Positions 24,485 through 36,000 of a DNA stretch of 64,000 nucleotides are shown piece after piece; the first letter of the stretch is position 1; every line of letters starts with the position of its first letter. The stretch is taken from the NCBI GenBank assembly GCA_038087875.1, contig CM075997.1, forward strand, positions 1,924,001 through 1,988,000. Direction: 5' to 3'. The DNA is from Malacoraja senta. Lineage: Eukaryota. A model generated the notes under the pieces. That model was not told the DNA's origin. It worked only from the letters and a program-made list of their open reading frames with translations, and did not search any database. The position numbers and the translations under genes were made by a program.

Positions 24485-26190
24485 TATACAATACAATACA
24501 ATTTTATTTGTCTTTTGGACAAATTTGTCATTTGGGCCCCTTGAGGTCCAAACGAAATGTCGTTTCTGCAGCCATACATTACAAAATGAAGAAGACCCGA
24601 GACACAACACAATTTACACATACATCCATCACAACGCTGTGATGGAAGGCAAAAAAACGTATCTTTCCACTGCACTCCCCCCCCCTCCCCTCCCCGATGT
24701 CAGAGTCAAAGTCAAAGCCCCCGGCGGGCGATGGTGATTATCCCACGGCCATTAAAGCCACGCCGGTTAATGCAAGGGTCACGCACCAGGTCTTGGTGTT
24801 AGAGCCCCGGCGCGCGCTCGCAAAGTCCAGCGGCCAAAGTCCGCGCGCTCGCAAAGTCCGGCGGCCATTCCAAGCCGCGCGGGGGGATAAAGCCCCGCTC
24901 CAGGTGCTCTTCAACCCCGCAACTCGGGCGGGAGAAGTCGCCGCTGCGGAAGGCCCGAAAAGCGGTCTCCCACCAGGGACCCGCGGGCTTCCGGTGTTGC
25001 CGTCCGCCAGACCCGCGGTTGTAGCCTCCGAATCTCCGGGGGTCGGGCCGCAGCAGCGATTGTCTCCACCACAGCTCCACCCGCTCCGGACTCGGCCAGC
25101 CCCGCGACGGTGAGTAGTCCGCAGCTCCGCAACTGGAGCCCCAGGTCATTCCTGCTGGAGGCCGCTCCACGTTGCCCAGCCCCAACGACAATGGAGACCC
25201 GATAAAGAAAAGGTCGGGTTTCCCGTGCAGGGGAAAGATTTTAAAGTCCCCCCCCCCACACACACACATACCCCGACAAAAAAATAATAAAAAACTACAT
25301 AAAAACGAGACAAAAATAATAAAAGACAGACGGACTGCAGAGGCCGCTGCAAACAAGAGTCGCGCCGCCCACTTATATGCGTAAGCTCCAGTGCATCCAT
25401 GCCAACCGTGATACCTGTCGATGCAAATCTTATTTACCTGTATTAGGCATAGCCCTCTAATCTAAATTATCATAGTCTTTCTAATCTAAATTATTTTCAA
25501 ACATTGTATTTGCTTCTGACTCTAGATTTAGATTTTTTATTTCTTGTCATTTGAACCTCAAAGTGGCTCAAACGAAACTCCGTTTCCACAGCCATACAAA
25601 CGAAACAATTCCTACACGATACACAAACAATTCAATTTACAGAAAAACATCCATCACAGTGAATCTCCTCCTCACTGTGATGGAAGGCAAAGTCATTTCT
25701 CTCCCCTGCACCATCTTTCTCCCGATGTTGAAGCCCCAGGCGGGCGATGGTGAGTCCCACGAGGATGTACAGCCTCGCTCCGGGCCCAAAGTCACAAGTT
25801 GGAGCCCCCGGCGGGCGCTGGAATGTCCCGCGGCTTTAACATTAAAGCCGCGCCGGGCGATTTACCGCCCCGCTCCGGGTCGTTCCAACCCCGCGACTCG
25901 GGCTGGAGAAGTTGCGTTGCGGTTGACTGGAGCCCCCAGGTCGTTCCGGTTGAAGGCCGCTCCACGGAGCTAGGCCCCAACGACAACGGAGACCCGACAG
26001 GGAAACGGTCGGGTCTCCCGTGCAGGGAAGAGATTTTTTTAAAGTTTCCCCCTCCCCCTCCCCCTCCCCCCAAATATACACAATTAAAACAGTACAAAAA
26101 AAAACACACACAAAAAAAAACACAAACAACTACATTTAACTAGACAAAAATAAATAAAAGACAGACTGCAGTAATCCGCGCCGCCGCACT
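24485..26190 (-). mobile_element. Two tandem copies of a GC-rich non-coding retroposon with a LINE-like 3' end (24485-25371 and 25523-26190)
   Basis: Shared gacaacggagacccga...tcccgtgcaggg block and ccatcacag 3' block; simple-repeat tails; relatives at 13570-14258 and 43641-44384. Confidence 0.65.
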
Positions 26191-26833
26191 CCACCACTCT
26201 ACCATCTGCTCTGGCAACTCATTCCATATAACTGCCACTCTCTGTGTGGTCGTTTGCCCCTCAATCCCCTTCAAATGTTTCCCCTCTCACCATTAATCTA
26301 TAGTCAAAGTCAAAGTCAATTTTATTCGTCACATGCTCCCAAAGGTGCAGTGAAATGAATTTGCCAGCAGCGATACACTTAAAAAGAACACACAATACAC
26401 AATAAGACTCAAGACAAACATCCACCACAGCATTCTTCACTGTGGTGGAAGGCAACAAAGTTCAGCCAGTCCTCCTCCTTTGTTCATCCGTGGTCGGGGC
26501 CATAAACCCTCCGTAGTCGCCGCTACGGACAGCCCGATGTACAGGCCCTCTCGTCGGGATGTTAGACTGTCCTCCTACCCATCGTCATTTTGTGCCGAAG
26601 GGCCTGTTTTCAAGCTGTATCCATCTTCTGTAATTGATCAATTACTGTAAATGACTTGGAAACACACACACCAAGTGTTCTCTTAAAGGTAATAAAGGCC
26701 GTTGGGTATTTATAGGAGAGACTTAATGGTATGGGTGGTTCCAAGTGTATGTAAGTAAGGTGAAAGTCCACAAATCAGCCGCTCAAGCAACGGTCCCTGG
26801 AGCACTGTAGAGAAAGGCAACTGTGTGGTGAAC

Positions 26834-27187
26834 GGTACCCGGATGTGGCGCCGACAGACAAGAAGCCGATGCAAAGACGTCGAAGCCAAAGAACCGAATT
26901 GAAACAAGGCCGAAACGCCAATAAGCCACCTTTCAGGTAGGTGGCGTTTCGACAGAGCGGCCATTCGGCAAGTTTGCTTTTAGGCTACGCAGCTTTTCGG
27001 TTAGTTGGCTTTTAGGCGTCCTGCCCTTTCGGTTAGTTTGCATTTAGGCGACCCATCCTTTCGGTTAGTAGGCGTTCGTCTCCGTAACCTTTCGGTTTAT
27101 TGGCGTTTCGGCCTCGTTTCCATTCGGTTCTTTGGCTTTGACGTCTTTGCTTCGGCTCCTCGTCTGTCGGCGCCACGTCCGCACACG
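26834..27187. mobile_element. Foldback MITE, Mutator-like
   Basis: About 85-bp imperfect TIRs (26840-26924 and 27098-27180); 9-bp TSD G(T/C)GGTGAAC. Confidence 0.75.
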
Positions 27188-27555
27188 GCGGTGAACACAG
27201 ATTGTCTTGAGAGGAAGCCTGGCTAATATCACTCATGTACATGTGACATTAGAGGGATGCGACGTTTATTGATGAGTTCCATTGAAGGGATGTCTTGTCA
27301 TGATCTGATCCCTGACCAGTGACAGGACCTCATCCCACAACGGTCAAGAAATAAAAGTTCAACAGTTGTAGACGGGTGAAGGAATGAAGCCTGTGATCTG
27401 TAAAGTTAAAGTCAAAGTCAATTTTATTCTTCACAATTTTAGTATTACACAATACAAACACATTCAGTTATGATTAGTGAATAATAATCACTATATGGGT
27501 TGATTTTTAACATCCTAGAACTTTGTATCCTGGATAGGTCTTTGCATATATTTTT

Positions 27556-27840
27556 GTTTAGTTTAGATAAACAGCGCCGAAACAGGCCCTTCTGCTCACC
27601 GAGTCCGGGCCGACCAGCAATTCCCGCACATTAATGTTATGCTGCACACACTAGGGACAAATTACAATTATACCAAGCGAATTAACCTACGTCTTTGTAG
27701 TGTGGGAGGAAACCGAAGATCTCGGAGAAAACCCACGCAGGCCACAGGGAGAACGTGTACAAACTCTGTACAGACAGCACCCGTAGTCAGGATCGAACCC
27801 GGGTCTCTGGCCATGTCAGGCAGCAACTCTACCGCTGCGT
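27556..27840 (-). mobile_element. tRNA-derived V-SINE (HE1-like)
   Basis: Reverse-complement copy of the same SINE. Confidence 0.85.
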
Positions 27841-29407
27841 CATAAACCAATGAATAAAGTAACTCGAGTTTAGACATGTTATAGCAAATGTGCCCAGTGG
27901 AACTGAATCCCCATAAAGCTGTTTAATTGTCATATGTACCGACAATGGAACAACAAAATTCTTATGGGACGGTTGTCGTTGCTTCATTAGCCTTCTGCTC
28001 AAAGCGAGCATAGAAAGCATTAAATTTATCTAGTAGTGCCGCACTATCACCAGTGATGTTGCCTGACTTCACTTTGCAGCCAGTTAGGTTATTCAGACTT
28101 TGCCACATTCTGGGTCAGTGTCTGAATGATCTACTAGGACTCAGGTTTGTCCCGGTATTGTCTCTTGGCATCCTTGACTGCTTTGCAGAGACCACAGCGA
28201 GCTTTCTTGTACCGCTTTGGGATCCATTGACTTGCATGCCGCGGACCTGGCCTTCACCAGCGAATGGACCTCACGGTTCATCCATGGTTTCCGGTTAGGT
28301 AACACTTGGATAGTCTTTGCCGGAACGCACTCCTCTTACGCACTTGCTGATGTGAACGGCAGTCACGGCAGTATCGTACCCATTCAGGTTGGCTGCAGAA
28401 TCCCTGAATATGGACCCGTCCACTGACTCAAAGCTGTCCCGTAGGGTATCATCCGTGTCCACCGACCACATTGACCACACCGACCACAACTCTCAGTACC
28501 GGATCTTCCTGCTTCGGTTTTTATTAGGAGACAGGAAGTAAATTACAGCTAAGTGATCAGATTTCCTGAAATGTGGCCCGGAATGAAGGGCAGAGTATTC
28601 CGGGAGTGTTCTACATTCCATTATATCTTGAAAACTGCAGGCAGCTCACTCAAACAAAAAAATGCTTCCTTTTTTAACAGTCAACGAAGACACAATCTGG
28701 TTAGTGTTGATCATGAAGGAGAAAATGATCAAATTATTTAGCTATATCAAAGAAAGTAAATGTTTTGTGCAGGAAGGAACTGCAGATGCTGGTTTAAACG
28801 GAAGATAGACACAAATCTCTTTCTTTGGCAACAAGCTGAGCTTTACAGCATGCAGCTTAAGAAGCAAACTCGGTTGAAAAGGAAATACATGCATGTTGTT
28901 TTGTAGTTAATCATGCATCAACTAAAGTACTGTAAGTTCAGACTCCTGGGGACACCCTGCATCTTCAAGGTGGTGGCAGAGGAGAGGGTTGGTGCCGGTG
29001 GGCAGGCTGTGGGCTCGTCTCTGTGCTCTGGGGGTCACGCGTTGGGCATCGGGAGGTGCCCTGGCACACGGAGGCTGAGCAGCAGCTGCGGGACGGCGGA
29101 GTGTACGGCGCGACCGCGGGTCGACGCGTCGGTGGAGTCGGCCGCTGGAGGCCCTGCAGCGCGATGGCGTGGACCAGGCGCCACTGGAGGCGCCACAGAG
29201 GTCGGATGAGCACAAATTAGACGCAGCCTAAGAGAGGGCATGCGAAGTGGAGGCAGTCAACATCAGAGCCAGGCCAGGCCACGCCGACCCCTGTACTCCA
29301 ACCCAGTGCCACTGACAGGACAATGGGCCTTCAAAGCCAAATTAGACTCTGTGTTTTTAAGAACTTTGAACTTAAAGGATACAAGATAGTGCCGGAAGCC
29401 CAGGTAC

Positions 29408-29716
29408 TTTAGTTTAGTTTAGAGATACAGCACGGAAACAGGCCCTTCGGCCCACCGGGTCCGCGCCGACCAGCGATCCCCACAAATTAACACTATCCTA
29501 CACCCACTAGGGACAATTTTTACATTTACCAAGCCAATTAACCTACAAACCTGTATGTCTTTGGAGTGTGGGAGGAAACCGAACATCTCGGCGAAAACCC
29601 ACGCAGGTCACGGGGAGAACGTTCAAACTGTACAGACAGCACCCGTGGTCGGGATCGAACCCAGGTCTACGGAGCTGCATTTGCTGTAAGGCAGCAACTC
29701 TACCGCTGTGCCACCG
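29408..29716 (-). mobile_element. tRNA-derived V-SINE (HE1-like)
   Basis: Reverse-complement copy with (tttag)n tail. Confidence 0.87.
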
Positions 29717-29862
29717 TATAATCTACTATTCTTTCATTCTTGTTGTGTGAGAGATTGCAAACTTCACATGGTCCACCTTGTTTCGACTAATGCAATCAAC
29801 CCGACGTGCACAGACAAAAGATCAAATAAAATTGGGCTTTTGTATAGTAAGATTTTACTGAA

Positions 29863-31697
29863 TCTATATTACTAAAAGTCTGATCTTGACCGCTTTTGGC
29901 TCACTTTGCTGTGATTTCCGAGAGAATGCCGCCACCTATGGCCGTCATTTTTGGCCACCTCGCTCAGAGCCCCCCTCCGCCTTCCTGGACCAGAGGATTT
30001 TTCCCATCGATGAAAAATCAGAGAGATATTAATGTTTTTTAAAAATGTGCCATTCTCTCTGCTGCCCTTGCTGGAGGGAGGGGGAGGGACTATAAAACCA
30101 GGAAGTGGTGTGCCTTACTCAGTCTCTGCAAGATGGAGGAAGCCAGAGGGTCACGTCATGTCTCTCTGAGCTCTGAATAACACTGACACTGAATAACAAA
30201 TGTCTACTCAACTGTGAGTGCCCTTAATGTGGTTTGAAAATGAAAATATGGTTGGTTTGAAGTAAAAAGGCACTGCCTACAAATGGTTGTTTGGGTTGAA
30301 GTAAAAAGGCACTGCCTGCAAATGGTTGTTTGGGTTGAAGTAAAAAGGCACTGCCTGCAAATGGTTGTTTGGGGGGTTTGGGTTGAAAAGGCACTGCCTG
30401 CAAATGGTTGTTTGGGGGGTTTGGGTTGAAGTGAAAAGGCACTGCCTGCAAATGGTTGTTTGGGGGGTTTGGGTTGAAGTGAAAAGGCACTGCCTGCAAA
30501 TAGTTGTTTGGGGGGTTTGGGTTCAAGTGAAAAGACACTGCCTGCAAATGGTTGTTTGTCTAAACTTGACAACTTCCTGTTTGCACTATATTGATTTTAG
30601 ATAAAACGCTACCATTTACGGCTGTGATTTTTGTCCATCTTACTCAGTTCCCATCCGCTCATCAGGTGCAGAGGATTCTTCCCATCAATGAAAAACAAAA
30701 GTGTTACTAGTGTTTAAAAAATGTTGAGAATCTCTCTCCTGTCAATCACACCATGAAGGCCACACCTTTTCTGGTGGGAGGGGGAGGGATTATAAAACCC
30801 GGAAGTGTGGGTGTGGCTCAGTCTCAGCATGATGGGGGAGGGAGAGGTCACGACTCTGTCTGAGTTGTGAATCAACTGAACACACTGAATGTCTACTGAA
30901 CTGTGAGCGTGGTGTTTTGTGTGGTTTTATGGTGGTTTTTATGGTGGTTTCACCCTGCTTGAAATAGTATGAAACTGCATTTGAATGTGGTGGCCTTGCA
31001 CCCTGCATGAAATGGTATGAAACTGCATTTGAATGTGGTGTCGTTGCAGCCTGCATGAAATGGTATGAAACTGCATTTGAATTTGGTGGCCTTGCACCCT
31101 GCTTGAAGTGGTATGAAACTGCACTTGAAATTTGTGGCCTTGCACCCTGCTCGAAGAGGTAAGAAACTGCACTTGAATTTGGTGGCCTTGCATCCTGCTT
31201 GAAGTGGTAGGAAACTGAACCTGAATTTGGTGGCCTTGCACCCTGCTTGAAGTGGTATGAAACTGCACTTGAATTTTGTGGCCTTGCACCCTGCTCGAAG
31301 AGGTAAGAAACTGGACTTGAATTTGGTGGCCTTGCACCCTGCTTGAAATGGTAGGAAAATGGATTTGAATTTGGTGGCCTTGCACTCTGCTTGAAATGGA
31401 ATTTCAAGAAATAGCCGTGAGTCAACTGCCAGCCCACCAGCCGTGAGTGAGCTGCCAGCACATCAGGCGTGAGGGACTGAGCTGCCATCCCAATAATCCA
31501 TTTGGCCCTCAATGTCCATACTAGCCCTCTGGAGACCAGTAGTCCCTGCAGCCAACAACACCCATACCAGCGCTCCAGAAAGCCCCCCCTCCCCTCACTG
31601 GCCACCAATATTGGAATTGGTGGAGAGGTGGAATATTGCGTCGGGGGACCAGCCCTCCCGTGTGAACATGGGACCCAACAGGTCCCACTTAGTCTAG
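29863..31697 (+). mobile_element. Non-autonomous Helitron with internal minisatellites
   Basis: A|TCTATATTACTAAA start; TGGGACC-caaca-GGTCCCA hairpin at 31669-31687, 10 nt from the CTAG|T end; no TSD. Confidence 0.85.
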
Positions 31698-33013
31698 TTA
31701 TATATAAAAATGTTTCCCTGCATCTCGGTACACATGACAATATTGTCCCATTGAACCACTGACCTGTTTGAGGAATTTTGTGATTCAACTCATAAAGTCA
31801 TAAGTGATAGGAGCAGAATTAGGCCATTTGGCCCATCAGGTCTACTCTGCCATTCAATCATGGCTGATCTGTCTCTCCCTCCTAACCCCATTCTCCTGCC
31901 TTCTCCCCATAACCCCTGACACCCGTACCCTGAATCTGGTTTTCACTTGGGGCCAAGTTAATTTTAAGTTAAACGAGTGTGCGGGTGGATAGGACAAAGG
32001 GGAATATCTCTGGTAGGTGAGGCTGTGTCACCCAGGTGATTCCAATGTTTATGATGGCATCTGGTAAACACTTTAATGAAGATGGTTTAGGTTTATTATT
32101 GTAATGTACACAGAGGTACACTGAAAGCTTTGTTTTGCATGCTATCCAATCCGATAAGATAATACTACACTATACAATTAAGTCATACTCGATAGAGCAA
32201 AATAAAAGATAAAGAGTGCAGATTGTAGTTCTCAGTATTGTAGTATTTGTCTCATTTCCAGAGACAAAGTCCAATATCGGCAATGGGGTAGAGGTGAATC
32301 AGACAGGACCCAAGCTTATGGAACAGTCATTCGGAGCCTGACAACTGAGGGAAGAAGCTGTTCCTGTTTGGTGGTGCGCGCTTTCTAGCTTCTGTACCTT
32401 CTGCCTGACGGGAGCAAGGAGACGAAGGAATGACCGAGGTGAGCCAATAATTTGGTTTTGCTTGCAGCATGACATGTAGATGGAGTCAATGGTGAGGAAT
32501 CATATTCTGTGTGATGGACTGGGCTGCATCTACAGCTTCCTGCAATTTCTTGCGGTCTTGGGCAGAGCTTAGTTGCAAGGTGCAAGCAAACACAGGGATA
32601 TGCACAACATGAAGACCACAAATAGAATATGTTAAAAAAGGTTTGTGTAAAATGGAATACTTTGTAACTTTCTCGGTGCCCTTTAGGTGGCGACTCTTTG
32701 CATACCTAGTTATTTAAGAAAGAACTGCAGATGCTGGAAAAATTGAAGTAGACAAAATTGCTGGAGAAACTCAGCAGGTGAGGCAGCATCTATGGAGCGA
32801 AGGAAGAGGTGACGTTTCGGGTCAAGATCCTTCTTCAGACTGGAGGGTATGCAAAACAAAGAATATCACTGTGACTTGTCACATGTGACAATAAAGTATC
32901 ATTCATTCATTCATTCATTCATCAGAGCTGTTGCTGAAACCTGTAAGCAAAAGGCAATGCAGATACAGTTTGACCTCCTCAACCATGGGCCAGTCCTTTC
33001 ACCAAGAACATAT

Positions 33014-36000
33014 AATAGTAAGATTAAACGAGAACTTACCAGTTTGAAGTTTGATCTGTATTTTATGAGGAGTTACGATGAGGGATTACGTGAAGAGCCC
33101 GTCCAGCACGCATGCGCGACATTCTTCAAAGCAGCGGTGTGGAATCACAGGAAACACAATAATTGAAATAAACATAGTAAAGAAAAGGAGAACTAAGATA
33201 CCAGTTGATCTATAATTGAGGGTGGGAGCGGAGGGCACGTAATCCCTCATCGTAACTCCTCATAAAATACAGATCAAACTTCAAACTGGTAAGTTCTCGT
33301 TTAATCTTACTATTCTACTTCGGAGTCACGTGAGTGACTACGTGAAGATTTTAAAGCTCTGTGATTTCAAACCGTGTAACAGTTCATACTCGTTGCCGAA
33401 GTCATTCAAGGGAGGAAGTATGTTATCGTAATCAACCATAATCTGTTTGTAAACAATAATGGTATCTATTAAACAATAACAAAAGACAAAATGCTCCCCC
33501 GGGCTTAAATTATATATTTTTGCAGATTTTAAAACTCTTTCTGCAAATAACACAGGTTCTGCTAGCGGCTTGTGGTAGAACGTTTGGAACGTTTTCTCCA
33601 TGTTCATTCTTTTAGCCGCCGATGTGGATGCTGCCCTGGTGGAGTGAGATGTATATACATCAGTATCTACTCCAGCAGCTCCCAGTACCTGCTTGAGCCA
33701 TCTCGAGATGGTTTGGCTTGACACCCAACCATGAGGTTTCTTGTGGCTGACCCATAAGGCTTTTTTTTTTTTTTTTTTCTCCCTCGAGAATCTCTTGTGT
33801 TGATGTAAGTGAATAAGTGAGTCATGACACACAACCGTAGGTCAGGTGGGTATGCCCGGAAATCCATAACTAGGACTCAAGTTCCTGGCTTGCTCTGCTT
33901 TAGCAGCTCCTGAATGGTGAATGAGACCCGGTCTGGTGTTATAACCATGTTGTCCAGTCGCAGTAAGTGGAGGGACTGGACTCTTTGTGCTGAGACTAGT
34001 GGCATCAGCATGACCGTTTTCAGGGTTAGCTGTTCCAGGGTGAGACCTGGCTGGGGACCATCCCCTTAGGTATGTCAGGACCACACTGACATCCCAGATT
34101 TGGGTATACCTAGGTCTAAGAGGGTTGGAGTTGACGATACTCCTCATGAGTTTGATCACCAAATGGCCTATTTCTTCTATGCTTTTCCCCCCTATGGCCT
34201 GTTGTCCTGGCACCTGTTTTAAGTAGGCTGACAGCGCACGTCTGGCAGTATTGATGGCGCTGTAGCTCAATCCTTCATTATGGTGAAGGCCCCCCCAGGA
34301 ACTCCAGTACATTGGTTATGGTTGCAGATGAGTACGTTGTCCCAGTAGTCGAGCAGTATCTTTCCCACTTCCTGATGCTCGATAGGTATTGTTTCCTGGT
34401 GGACATACGGTGTCATCATGTTGATGGTCCTGTCAGACAATCCCAGTCCCAGCAGTGGTCTTTTGATAATCTGCAACCCAGTAGGTTAATTTTATCATGG
34501 CATGGATGACTTATGCCTGATACAGGGTGCGTTAATAGGTCTGGGCTACTGGGAAAGGTCATAGGAGTTTCGATGACCATGTCGAAGACCACTGGGAATC
34601 ATGGCTGTGTAGGCCAGTTGGTACTATCAAAATACCTGAAGCAGTGTCCATCTGTATTTTGCGTAGTACCCTACAGATTAAGGCAGAAGGGGGGAAAAGC
34701 ATAGAAGAAATAGGTCCCCCAGTTCAGCGCGAATGCATCTATCGCTGCTGCCTCAGGGTGTGGTTCCCAAGGGACATACATTGGTACGTGGTGATTTAGT
34801 CTGGATGCAAAGAGATCGATATCTGGTGTGCCATATTGGTTTGTAATTTTAGCAAAAGCTCTAGGATTTAACATCCATTCGGTGTTTATCATTGAATTTG
34901 CGTGACCTGGCACTGTATTTAGCTTACCTGGTAGGTAAGTTGCTGATAGTCAAATATGTCTATCGACCCACCATTACCAGATTGTGTTGACCCAATTGTC
35001 ACATGATATCGATTTTATTCTGCCCATATGGTTAATATAGGCCACCACCATGATATTATCAATTTGTAAATGAACATGCAAGTTGTGCATATTCCTAGAA
35101 TATGCTTTAAAACCATAAAACGCACCCAACATTTCCAAATAATTTATGCCCAGTGTTTGTAGTAAAGATGAGTCTAGGTTAGTCCATCTACCACCTGTGC
35201 TGGATATGGTATTAGTTGCTCCCCAGCCTTGAGCACTGGCATCTGTTTGTATAGTTAACGTTGGGTTATTGATGATGATAGGGCTGGAACTATGCTAAAT
35301 GTGTTATATCCACCATTGTAACTCTGATATTGCTTCAATGGGTAGTTTCATGGTTCGGTCAAAGTGACCTGCATGTCGTTTCAACGCCTGTACTTTTGCC
35401 CTTTGTAGGTGCTGATAGTGCAGGAGTCCAAATTGTGTAGCTGAAAATGCTGCTACCATTTTGCCAATTACTCTTGCCACTTGTCGGATGGTTGGTCGAT
35501 TGCTTACCATTAAATTGTTGCACGTCTGTGCCAATTCTGCTGCTTTACCTTTTGGCAACGTTACACTCATGTGGATTGAGTTAATTGTGAATCCCAGATA
35601 GTCCATAGTTGTGGATGGCGTCAACTTAGATTTATCTGGATGTATGACAAACCCAGGGTTTCAAACAATTGTTTGGTAGCTAATACAGCTGATTTAGCCA
35701 ACTCCATGGTTTTGCCTACTATTAGGATATCATCAAGATACGCCACGACAATTTGTCTTTGTTTCGTTAATGTTGCCAAGGCTGGTTTTAATATCTTGGT
35801 AAATAGTCTAGGGCTGATGTCAACCCATTAGGCAACACTTTATACTGCCATAGTTGCCCCATCCAGGCAAATTTTCAGGTATCTGCGATGACCCTTGTGA
35901 ATGGGTACTGAATAGTAGGCATCTTTTAAATCAATGCTTGCCATAAAGTATCCTTTGGAAATCAGTTGTTTAGCAGTTACAAATGTTTCCATTTTGAAAT

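Noticed and set aside
28913..29400. GC-rich stretch with overlapping short ORFs
   Set aside because: No recognisable domain, splice pair or termini; probably an unclassified repeat.
30204..31788. Repetitive ORFs (332 aa, 148 aa) and CRISPR-like periodicity
   Set aside because: Head-to-tail minisatellite units without unique spacers inside a eukaryotic Helitron; the 45-nt unit keeps frames open by chance.
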